From NCBI GenBank assembly GCA_951406725.2, contig OX597835.1, forward strand, positions 28,458,001-28,522,000: a stretch of DNA of 64,000 nt, given 5' to 3'. The DNA is from Octopus vulgaris (taxonomy: Eukaryota). Both the position numbers and the translations under genes were made by a program. Position 1 is the stretch's first letter. The number at the start of each line of letters is the position of its first letter. Below, in pieces: positions 39,701-52,135 of this stretch. The notes below the pieces were generated by a model. That model saw only the letters and a list, made by a program, of their open reading frames with translations, searched no databases and was not told where the DNA came from.

Positions 39701-42428
39701 GTTTGAAACTAATTTCGCATCTTTTCAGTTTGAACGGCAGTTTTTTTCTAGCGGTGTCGTATGAGATAGTCACCCATAATTATGACCCTAGAATTGATCT
39801 ATTGCATTTCAATCTGTTTTAGGGTTAGGGTTAGGGGGAAGGGTATCTTTTTTTCTTCACAAATGTAAATAAACCCAATCTGTTTCTTAAACGAGAGACA
39901 TATTCATATGGCACAGAATGTTTTTACCTCAATAAACGTATTTGATTGGTTGAAATTGCAGAAATTGAAGAAAAAAACAACAAATATCTTACAAACTATA
40001 GAATTTTCTCAATAAAGCCAAGAGAAAAAGATGTTTTATAAACACATTCTACCAGTATATGAAGTTTAAAATTTTTTAGTTACCTAGAAATTATGTTAAA
40101 AACTGCCGTTCAAACCGAAAGGATCCCTAATTTCTGTTGAGATATTTGTCCCACCCATGCCAGCATGGAAGGCAGATGTTAAACGATGATATTAGTCCAG
40201 TCAAATTAGCGTGATATTCCCCCGAACCCACCACTAATTGCAACATAAATGGAACCTTTTGGGATTTGTTCAGTAGGGTACCCTTCATGATATACTAAAA
40301 GTCCAACAAAAAAAAATGTATAAATTTTAAAAGAACTTTTTAAATTCCAGATGTTCTCCAAACGGCTGTATGGCATAATGTGGTGGATCATGCCAATATT
40401 TGTGTCTCTTTCAACTTTTGGTGGTGTCAATGGAATTTTATTCACATCTTCAAGGTGAGTAGATTTATAGTTAGAATAACAAAAAGGAACATAAGTTTTT
40501 GGGCAAATACAAAAAAAACCCCAATTTATCAAAAAATGCCTTTTAAACCTTTTGGTACCATATATACCGAAATACATTGCCTCTGTTTCAATCTTGGAAA
40601 TATTGAAGAATTTAGTAAAATAATTTAGTCATTGTAAATTTAGGATACTTAACCTTTCGGAGCAGATGACAAAAGACCAAGATATCTGGCGCCTTGCAGT
40701 ACGGCTGCTTCCCCTGATGAAGAGGATTAGCATGCAATAGCCCTGTGCCAGTTCTACTTGGAAAGCAATTGTGCCTGCACCACTTAAAAATGCTCATACC
40801 GGTTCCACACGCTGTAATGTGGTTGCTGTTAGGAAGGGCATCAAGCTGTGGAAACCAAACCAAATCAGACCGGAACCTGGTGCAGCTCCTTGGCTTACCA
40901 ACTCTGGTCAAATGGTCCAACCCATGCCAGCATGGAAAATGGATGTTAAAGAATGGTGGTGACAGTGGCGATGATGATGATGATGATGATTATATAAAAT
41001 TACTGTGTCATTATATATCCTTTCGTCATCATATTTCTGCTGAAATATGCTGTCATTGTTTCAAATAAGTTTGAAAACAATGAAATAAAATAACTTTCTG
41101 ATTATTAATTAAGTTGGCGTTTGGAACTTAGAAATTTTTTGATTGACGAGTTTTTAATGTAGACCATTTCTATACCTTTTATTAGCATATTTTTGTTGAA
41201 ATACTCTGCTTTTGTTTCGTAGAAACACTGCCAGATCAGACTGGGCCTGGTGAAGCCTTCTGGCTTCCCTGACCCCAGTTGAACCATCCAACCCATGCTA
41301 GCATGGAAAGCGGACGTTAAACGATGATGATGATGATGATGATGATGAAAATAATAAAACATTTATCAAAATTACTTACTAATCAGGTGTTTGGAATCTG
41401 TATTAATATGAAATTTCGATGGAAGGTGTTAATTTTTATTACTTTAACAGACTTAGCATTTTTCAGTAGAAATAAACTCTACCTTTGTTTCAATTAGTAA
41501 ATAATTAATGAAGAATATAATAAAATAACTTTGTTATTATTAAGCTAGTATGTGGTATATTAACTAACATGATATTTTGACTGAAAGTTTTCAAAATGAT
41601 GTCACTTTTGTTACCATATTCCTCTTGGAATATATTTCTTTTGTTGCAATTAATTTTCAAAATACTCAACAAATTAGTAAAATAATTATACCAAGTGAAG
41701 TGTTCTTTAGCCTCCAAATCCTTTTTTGGATTGGTTAGCTTCTTGGTATCCTTCTGGCATCGAGACTAATGACTAACCTATGCTGAGGGGTATATTCTTC
41801 ACCCGGTAGGGTCTGTGTATTTAAGAGCAACCCTGCGTCCCACTGTCTGGTGAGGATGAAATCAATCTGGCTAGCGGAGTCCCCCGATTGATAGGTTATA
41901 AGGTGGCTGTCTGGCTTCCTGAAGTTAGTGTTGCAGATTAAAAGGTTACATGCATTACAGAACTCCAGTAGCCTGGTTCCCTCATCATTTCGGGTGCCAA
42001 TACCATGGCCAACGTGTACCCCAGTGAAGATACCTGCTTTCCGCTCGACATGCCCATTAAAGTCTCCAGTCACAAAGATGAGGTCATTGCCGCTCGTCTT
42101 TGAGGTAGCCTGTGGAAGGGTGTCATAAAAGTGGTCCTTCTGATCATTTGGTAGTCCCGCATGTGTAGCGTAGGCGGAGATGATAGTAGCTGTGCTATTC
42201 TGCAGGACTAGCTTCAGCTTAAGTACTCTATCACATACCCTATCAACCTCTATAACCTTATCCACCCAGGAGTGGCTGTGTGGTAAGTAGCTTGCCAACC
42301 AACCACATGGTTCCAGGTTCAGTCCCACTGCGTGGCATCTTGGGCAAGTGTCTTCTGCTATAGCCCCAGGGCCGACCAATGACTTGTGAGTGGATTTGGT
42401 AGACGGAAACTGAAAGAAGCCTGTCATA

Positions 42429-42471
<43 letters not shown>

Positions 42472-45400
42472 TTGTCCCCCTAGCATTGCTTGACAACCAA
42501 TGCTGGTGTGTTTACGTCCCCGTCACTTAGCGGTTCAGCAAAAGAGACCGATAAAATAAACCTTGCACTGTCATTCTAAAAATAAACAATTACATCTTTC
42601 AAATCTTGAAGCTACAAGATAATACCAGATTAATTTTTTTAAATGTAAATGAATAAAGATTACTTTTGACATATTAATTCGAATGCTAAAGGGTAAAAAC
42701 AGGGAATTTGTATTATAGAATCAGATGGACTATATTAACCCTTTCGTTACTGTATTCATTTGGAGATGCTCTGTGTTTCTTTCATTTACTTTAAATATAA
42801 CAAAGAATGTAGTAAAATAACTTAGTTATCTTTAAGCTACTGTTAGGAACATAAATTGTGACTAAGGTTTGGTGGAAGATTTTTAATTCAAAACTTATGA
42901 AAACAAGACGCTTGTACTACAGAGCCAGAGGCAGTTTCAGGTGGGTTGGTATCAAAAGGGTTAAGAATTGTTTCTCTATTATATATTTTAACCCTTTTGT
43001 TACCATGTTTCTGTTTGTGTTTCTTTCAATTAATTTTAAATATAACAAATAATTTAGTAAAATAACTTAGTTATCATTAAGCTACTGTTAGGAACATAAA
43101 TTGTGACTAAGGTTTGGGGGAAAGAATGAAAACCCGGGTTCCCCCAAGACACCTGATGAAGGCTGGAGGGTATATCAACCAAAACGGTTGGAAGATTTTA
43201 ATTCAAAACTTATGAAAACAAGATATTTGTACTACAGAGCCAGAGGTGGTTTCATCCGAGTTGGTAACAAAAGTGTTAAGAGGATTGGTATCAAAAGGTT
43301 AATAACTCTGTAGGTTTCCTGCTTTGGTTAAATTTACCCTCCCCTCAGAATCTATGTTAAAGAATTTGTATGTTTCTCTAAAACAATGCTACAAGTAAAC
43401 TAATCTACATTTTTGTCTTCCATTGTTTCTGATATATTCCAGATTATTCTTTGTTGGTGGTCGAGAAAACCATATGCCGAAAGTTATGAGTTTCGTTTCT
43501 ATCAACAACCTCACACCTATGCCCGCTGTTTTATTTATGGTTAGTATTTGTTGTTTTATGGTGGCAGTGGCGTTGGCGGCAGCGTCGGTGTCTGCGTAGT
43601 ACAAGCTGTGGTCATTGTATTGGCAAAATTCTGTAAAAACATGTCTGGTCATAGGGAAAGATTAACTTGCTTGGAAATAGGGGACAGTTTCTATTCTCAA
43701 GTTACTTTGACAATCTTTGTCTTCCTCTCTCTCTCAATCAGAAATAGAGAAAACCGGTGATTGATCTATTGATAACCTATAACCAATAACTTATGTATTA
43801 ACAAAATGAATGCGCGGGCATGGCTGTGTAGTTAGGGAGCTTGCTTCCTAGCCACATGGTTTCGGGTTCAGTCCCACTGCGTGGCACTTTGGGCAGGTGT
43901 CTTCCGCTATAGCCCCGAGTCGACCGAAGCTTTGTGATTGAATTCGGTAGGTGGAAGTTACTGCCGTGTGTGTATGTGTGCGTATAGCTGCTCAGTGCCT
44001 CTCCGAAAGAGACAGAGGGAATGTTAGAAGACCATTGATCAACATTATATTTCTCTTTCAAAAATATTATATTTTAATAGTATATTTTAATTAATTAGGC
44101 GTAGGAGTGGGTGTGTGGTAAGTAGCTTGCTTACCAACCACATGGTTCTGGGTTCAGTCCCACTGCGTTCAGTCCCACTGCGTGGCACCTTGGGCAAGTG
44201 TCTTCTACTATAAAGCCTTGGGCTGACCAAAGCCTTGTGACTGGATTTGGTAGACGGAAACTGAAAGAAGCCAGTTGTATATATGTTACATGTATGTATA
44301 TATATATATGTGTGTGTGTATGTTTGTGTGTCTGTTTGTCCCCCCAACATTGCTGGTGTGTTTACGTCCCCGTAACTTAGCGTTTCGGCAAAATAGACCA
44401 ATAGAATAAGTACTAGGCTTACAAAGAATAAGTCCTGGGGTCGATTTGCTCGACTAAAGGCGGTGCTCCGGCATGGCCACAGAAACACATACATAGCATA
44501 TGTGTTTTCTTTTGATGCTTAGTTACTGTGGAATAGCATTTGGGGAAAGCTCCCAATGCGATGCCTTGGAGTCGTCTCACCTGGTCTGGGACATTTGGTA
44601 TTCTGTAATACTCAGCATCATGCTATCCTGCAGTAATTGAGCGTATAAACAAAACATATACACTATGAATGTACAACTGATAATATTTTAATTATTTTAA
44701 TATCCTTTACATAATTATGCAATTTCCTCTCTCTGCATGTATAATAAGTGTGCATATGTTAAATCACTATAAAATAGGGCTTAAATCTGTATTTTATAGA
44801 ATTCATTATGTGTACAATTAATTAGTGTAATTATATTTCACTCATATCTGCTTTAACTGAGATTGAAAATATTTCTTTTGATTAAAATTTGTGTGCGCAT
44901 ATGTTATAAATGACTGTGCATAGTTGCACTTGTACATATTTACATGTTCGTCTAAATCTTGTGTGTGTGTGCATGCATGCATGCATATTTAGGTATTTGT
45001 GTATTCGTATTTCTAAATTCCTGTATGCATATGGATGTGAACAGTATCTAAATCTATGTGTCAGTGCATTTGTGCATCTCTAGTTAAACATGTAAAATCT
45101 GTGTGTGCATACACATGCAAATCTATACATAAGACCACATGTAGCTCTGGGCATGTGTATATGTCAACATGGATATTTGTATGTGCCCGTATGCATGTGT
45201 GTATATGTAAATTTGTGTGTGTGTATATGCACAATCATGGCTGTGTGGTTAAGAATCATTCTTCCCAACCACATGGTTCCAGGTTCAGCCCTACTACAAA
45301 GCACCTTGAGCAGGTGTTTTCTACTATAGCCCTGCACTGACCAAAGCCTGGGGAGTGGATTTGATAGACAGAAACTGAAGGAAGCCCATTTTGTTTGCAT

Positions 45401-45475
45401 GTATTAGGCAGTGAAGACAAAAAGAAGAAATGGGAAGAGATTTCAGCAAAGGTACACACATACACGTGTGTGTAT

Positions 45476-45515
<40 letters not shown>

Positions 45516-48500
45516 GTGTGTGTATATATAGGGTTAGTTAGGGTTAGGGTTGGGGGTGGGGGGAAGGGTATCTTTTTTCTTCACAAATGTAAATAAACCC
45601 AATCTGTTTCTTAAACGAGGGACATATTCATACGGCACAATGTTTTTACCGCAATAGACGTCAGTGATTGGTTGAAATTGCAGAAATTGAAGAAAAAAAA
45701 CAACAAATATCTTACAAACTATAGAATTTTCTCAATAAAGCCAAGAGAAAAAGATGTTTTATAAACACATTCTACCAGTATACGAAGTTTAAAATTTTTT
45801 AGTTACCTAGAAATTATGTTAAAATCTGCCGTTTAAACTGAAAAGATCCACAAAGTATTTTATGTTGCTCTAAATATTCCTCTTTTCCTCTTCTTTCCAT
45901 CACCACCACCACCACTGTTGCTGCTGCTACCATCCCCAGGGTCTCTTGTCCCTGTTTTATCTGGTATCATCTGATATGTATGCTCTCATCAACTACGTGT
46001 CGTTCGTGAACTGGGGTGCCATCGGTCTGTCAGTCTTCTCTGTACTCTACTTCCGTTACACTCGTCCTGAGTTACCCAGACCAATCAAGGTTAGTTCATT
46101 CGTTTCTTATTGTCCTCATTAACCATTTACCATTCTGACTAATTACTCTCCGAGATGTAATGCTTACTTATTCACATTGTTTTAAACTAATCATGCATTA
46201 TCTCTTTGACTTTGAGATTTCAGTTATGTGATTATTTATTTTTAGAATGATATTGTAGGGTAAGTGTGAGAGGCTGGATCTGGTAGGTTTGAACATAAAA
46301 CTATAAAAATATCTGGGTTAGATATGACTTTAGCATTCAGATTACTCTGTCAAATGTAATGCTTATTTATTCACCTGCGTTGCCTTACTGGCACCTGTGC
46401 TGGTGGCATGTAAAAAAACATTCGAGCGAGGTCCTTGCCAGTGCCGCTGGACTGACTTCTGTGCAGGTGGCACATTAAAAGTACCATTTGAGCATGGCCA
46501 TTGCCAGTACCGCCAGACTGGCCCTCGTGCTGGTGGCACGTAAAAGCACCCACTACACTCTTGGAGTGGTTGGCGCTAGGAAGGGCATGCAGCTGTAGAA
46601 ACTCTGCTAGATCAGATTGGAGTCTGGTGCTGCCAGACTGGCCCTCATGCTGGTGGCACGTAAAAAGCACCCACTACACTCTCGGAGTGGTTAGCGCTAG
46701 GAAGGGCATGCAGCTGTACTCTGCCAGATCAAGATTGGAGTCTGGTGCAGCCATCTGGTTCACCAGTCCTCAGTCAAATCGTCCAACCCACGCTAGCATG
46801 GAAAGCGGACGTTAAACGATGATGATGATGGATGGTTTGAATTTATCATGCTTTATCTCTGAGTTTCAAGATTTCGATGAGCAATAAGCCAATGTATCTA
46901 TCATAAATTAATTCATGTTAATTTATGATAGATACAGCAGCTGATTTCCTCCACTTAGTGATATGCCTAGGTTCGGTTATTTGTAGAAGTATAATAATGA
47001 TAATAATATTAATAATAATAATAATAATAACAATAACAACAACAACAACAACGATAATGACAAGATTAGTAAATATAAAGACCTGCTAATGGAAATTGAA
47101 AAAATGTGGATCTCAAGACGACTACAGTACCAGTGATTGTAGGATCTCTAGGAATGATAAAAAAGGTACTGAAACCTATTTGAAAATGATTCCAGGCTTA
47201 CCATCCCTACAGGAAGTGCAAAAAATCGTATTAACTGGAACGGCTCATGTACTGAGAAAAGCACTATCGTTGTGAAAATAACATCCATCCATGAATTTAT
47301 TTATTTATTAATTTTTAAATACATATTTTATCTATGAATTTGGGCGTGTAATCTGGGAATGCATACAATACCCTTCTCTGCCCTAGGTGTATGGAAAACA
47401 CTCGGCGAGAAACGGAAGAAAATTTGAAGAAAGAAGGAAAAAAACATAATAATAATAATAATAATGCCTTGATGCAGTACCAGGCAGTGGCTCTCATGGC
47501 TTCTGATCTTAACTGATTGGAAGTGTTATCATGTACATTGTTTTGTCTTGGTATAAAAGATGGGCTACAGCAAATATTCTGCTCAATACCACAGATTTGC
47601 TTGTCAGCTTTTTGACCTTAATCAGTTGAACATGTCCCTTAGTAGCTGATGATATGTGCATCTCTGATGACAAGCAGAAGTAGTGGGGGAGCATCATAGC
47701 CATGTGTTGCAAGGAATTCTTAGGGGTTTGGATAATTCACCTTTAGAAACATGCTTAACATCCTCAACAATCCTTAAACATCCTTAGACAATCCTTATTT
47801 AGGGACCTTTTGAGCAGGATGGGTTACTCGACCAGAAGGAAATTCTAACTGGGCCCCACCTGCAGGGTCATGCGTTGTTTATCTTGATATGAGATCACCA
47901 TGTTGCACACATATGGTTGTGATGCATGTACCTAGTGTGCCCTTATCAGACGGGTAGTCATGATGGGTATACTGGGGTTCGTATATTTTACCCCAGTGTC
48001 ACTTTGATGGCATGCACTGCTCTCTCACTCAATAATGATGATAATAATAATAATAATATAATAATGATGATGATATAATAATAATAATAATAATAATAAC
48101 GACGACGACAACAACAACAAAAATGATGATTCTTGTAGCTAGCGTGTATATCGTTCCCTTTTTTTATTTTATAGATAGTAGGTTGTGTTATGAGGTAATT
48201 GACTGCTATTTCTAGAAGCTTCTTCCTTGACTCATTACGGGGCACCAAAAAAGTTAAACGTGAGCTGATCACTAAAATGTGTCTAATTTTAATAATGTCT
48301 TAATAATTTCTTGAATCTATGTTGAGCTAATAATATGATTAATGACATACCCTGACATCCTATACGGTTTTTTATATCTTCATTCTAGGTCGCTCTGATC
48401 TGGCCCATCATCTATACTATTGGTTCCATCCTTCTCATCATTTTACCAATATATGCCAAACCAGTTGAAACGGGTAAGTGGATTTTGTTCTGGGGAAAAG

Positions 48501-51500
48501 TTACATGGGTGTGGGTGGGTGTGTGTGTATTCTTGTATTCTTTTATTTGTTTCAGTCATTTGACTGCAACCATGCTGGAGCACCACCCATAGTTGAACAA
48601 ATTGACCCCAGAACTTATTCTTTGTAAACCTAGTACTTATTCCATTGATCCCTTTTGCCGAACTGCTAAGTTATGGGGACATAATCACACCAGCATTGGT
48701 TGTCAAGCGATGGTGGGGTGACAAACACACACACACACACACATGCACACACATACATACAAATAAATAAAATATAAATTAGAGATAAAACCACTATTAT
48801 ATATATATATATATATAATAATAATGTTCGTCCTTCGGATTCGAAGATGACCACTGACATCATCTGGTGGAACTGCCGCCATGAGACCGGAGGTGGCTGG
48901 TGAGGCCAATCCGGGCAAGGAAGCCCCTCCCACAGGTGGGGCAGAAGTGGGTAGGGGCCGTGCTACTGGTGCAGGCGGCTCTGGCTTTCCGCATCTGGCG
49001 TTTCTGCTCTGCTGACCGAATACGTCCCTCCTCGGCTGTCCCTGCTCCTGTGGTGATTGCACTGCGCCAGGATGAGCGGTCGGCAGCAAGTGTCTCCCAG
49101 GTCTCTGTGCTGATGGAGAAGTCTTTGAGAGAGACCTTGAGACTGTCCTTGAAGCGCTTCTTCTGCCCTCCGACTTTGCGTTTGCCCTGGCTGAGTTCAC
49201 CGTAGAAGAGCTGTATATATATATATATATACGATGGACATCTTTCAGTTTCCTTCTACCAAATCCACTCACAAGGCTTTGGTCGGCCTGAGGCTAGAAT
49301 AGAAGACAGTGAGACTGAACCCAGAACCATGTAGTTGGTAAGCAAGCTTTTTACCACACAGCCAGGGTGGCTTGTTAGCAATTAGAACCTAAAGGCAGAA
49401 TTAATTTAGGTCACAGAAGTGAGAGAGGTTACTGATGAGCACTGCTTTCGCTAAAAGTAAGAGCTAAAACAACTCAAAGCCACAAACCCACTGTCTTAAG
49501 TGACTGTGCTAGTCAGTACCCTCTCTCAGTACTGTCCCTCACTTTTGTGACCCCTTTTATATATATCCGAACATGGCCGTTGCCAGCTCTGCCCCGACTG
49601 GCTTCCGTGCCGGTGGCACGTAAAATGCACCATCCGATTGTGGCCGTTGCCATTCTCGTCTGGTCCCCGTGCAGGTGGCATGTAAAAAGCACCCGCTACA
49701 CTCACGGAGTGGTTGGTGTTAGGAAGGGCATCCAGCCGTAGAAACACTGCCAGATCAGACTAGGCCTGGCACAGCCTTCTGACTTCCCAGACCCCAGTTG
49801 AACCGTCCAACCCATGCTAGCATGGAAAACGGACGTTAAATGATGATGATATATAGGTACAGTTTTACATATGTACATTCATACACATTCCATTGTATTT
49901 ATGCAGATTGTCATATAAACATACATTTACACATCCTCCATCATATATACACACTCTGTCATATAAACAAACATTTATAGCCATTTCCATACATCTATAC
50001 ACACTGTCATACATACATCATTATCATCATGATCATTTAAGATCCATTGTTGATACTGGCATGGGTTGGATAGTTTGACCACGGCTTGTAAGCTGGAGGG
50101 CTGCACCAGACTCCAGTCTGATTTTGGCATGGTTTTCTATGGCTGGATGCCCTTTTTTACATCAACCATTCTGAGAGTGTAATGGGTGCTTTTATGTGCC
50201 ACAGACACAGGTGCCATTTGCGTGACACCAATATCTGCCACAACTGTGATTTTACTTGGTTTGATGGGTTTTCTGGTCAAGTACAATATAATGCCAAAGG
50301 TCTTGGTTATTCATCATTGCCTCCGTGAAGCCCAACACTCGAAAGAAACTTAGTCACTTTGCTTCCATGAGGCCCAGCTCTTGAAAGAAACTCAATCCCT
50401 TTGCCTCTGTGAGGCCCAAAGATTGAAAGGAACTCAACTCCTTTGCCTCCTTGAGGCCCAACACTCAAAAGGAACTGAGCCACTTTGCCTCTGTGAGGCC
50501 CAGCACTTGAAAGGATCTCAGCCAATTTGCTTCCATGAGGCCCAGCACTTGAAAGGATCTCAGCCAATTTGCCTCCATGAGGCCCAGCACTTGAAAGGAA
50601 CTCAGCCAATTTGCCTCCATGATGCCCAGCACTTGAAAGGAACTCAGCCAATTTGCTTCCATGAGGCCCAGCGCTTGAAAGGAACTCAACCCCTTTGCCT
50701 CTGTGAGGCCCATAGCTTGAAAGGAACTCAACCCCTTTGCCTCTGTGAGGCCCAACATTCGAAAGGAACTCAACCCCTTTGCCTCCATGAGGTCCAGTAC
50801 TCAAAAGGAACAGCCACTAAATACATATATCTATAAACATTCCATCATGTGTATATACATCTATACACACTACACCATATATATGCACACTTATACACCC
50901 TCTGTCTTATATATATATGTCCATACATTAACCTAACTGTCCGATTATTCTATATTCCAGGAATTGGTATCCTCATCATTGCAAGTGGTATTCCTGTGTA
51001 CGTGGTTTTTGTTGCTTGGAAGAGTAAACCGAAGTTCCTGACAAATGCCATAGGTATTGTTCCTCTCTTTTTGTCTACTGTTATTCTCTGGTATACATGT
51101 TGACGCTGTATATAGTGCAGACATGTAGTGTAAACATTCAAATATCATCCGAACGTGGCCGTTGCTAGTGCCGCCCTGACTGGCTTCCGTGCAAGTGGCA
51201 CGTAAAAAGCACCATCCGATCGTGGCCGTTTGTCAGCCTCGCCTGGCCTCCATGCCGGTGGCACGTAAAAAGCACCATCCGACCGTGGCCGTTTGCCAGA
51301 CTTGTCTGGCACCTGTGCAGGTGGCACGTAAAAAGCACCCACTACACTCATGGAGTGCTTGGCGTTAGAAAGGGCATCAAGCTGTAGAAACATTGCCAGA
51401 TCAGACTGGGCCTGGTGCAGCCTTCTGGTTTCCCAGACCCCAGTTGCACCGTCCAACCCATGCCAGCATGGAAAGCGGACGCTAAACGATGATGATGATG

Positions 51501-52026
51501 ATGATGATCACTGTCTTTTCATATCATGCTGCATTTCACATGGAATTTTTTGGTCCTCCAAAGTCGTCTTGGTGTAAAAGTCGACTATTTCTGGCTGGAA
51601 ACTTTTACTTGAAATATTCGATCTGTATGACTTAGTACCAAAATTTGAAACCATTATTATTAAGGCGGCAAGCTGGCAGAATGGTTAGCATGCCAGGCAA
51701 AAAGCTTAGCAGCATTTCGTTCAACTTTACGTTCCGAGTTCAAATTCCACCGAGGTCGACTTTACCTTTCATCCTTCCAGGGCCAATAAAATAACTACCA
51801 GTTGAGTGCTGGGATCGATGTAATCAACTTACCCTGCATCCTGAAACTGCTGGCCTTGTGCCAAAATTTGGAAACGAATATTTATATATTCATAAGCTGG
51901 CAGAATCATTAGCATGCCAGGCAATATGCTTGGCGGCATTTCGTCTGTCTTTACGTTCTGAGTTCAAATTCCATTGAGGTCTACTTAGCCTTTCATTATC
52001 ATCATCATCATTAAAGCGGACGCTAA

Positions 52027-52062
<36 letters not shown>

Positions 52063-52090
52063 GTTATTGTTATTATTATTATTATTATTA

Positions 52091-52135
<45 letters not shown>

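Noticed and set aside
48703-49272. ORF-track 189-aa (-) and 101-aa (+) ORFs
   Set aside because: Shadow frames of the RTE C-terminal frame 49213..48860
49432-49472. CTGATGA with a possible stem II
   Set aside because: Needs several changes to restore the stem and GAAA; stems I and III not evident
50307-50836. Periodic 14-aa ORFs on both strands
   Set aside because: Product of a 42-bp tandem repeat inside an intron; no unique spacers and no splice support
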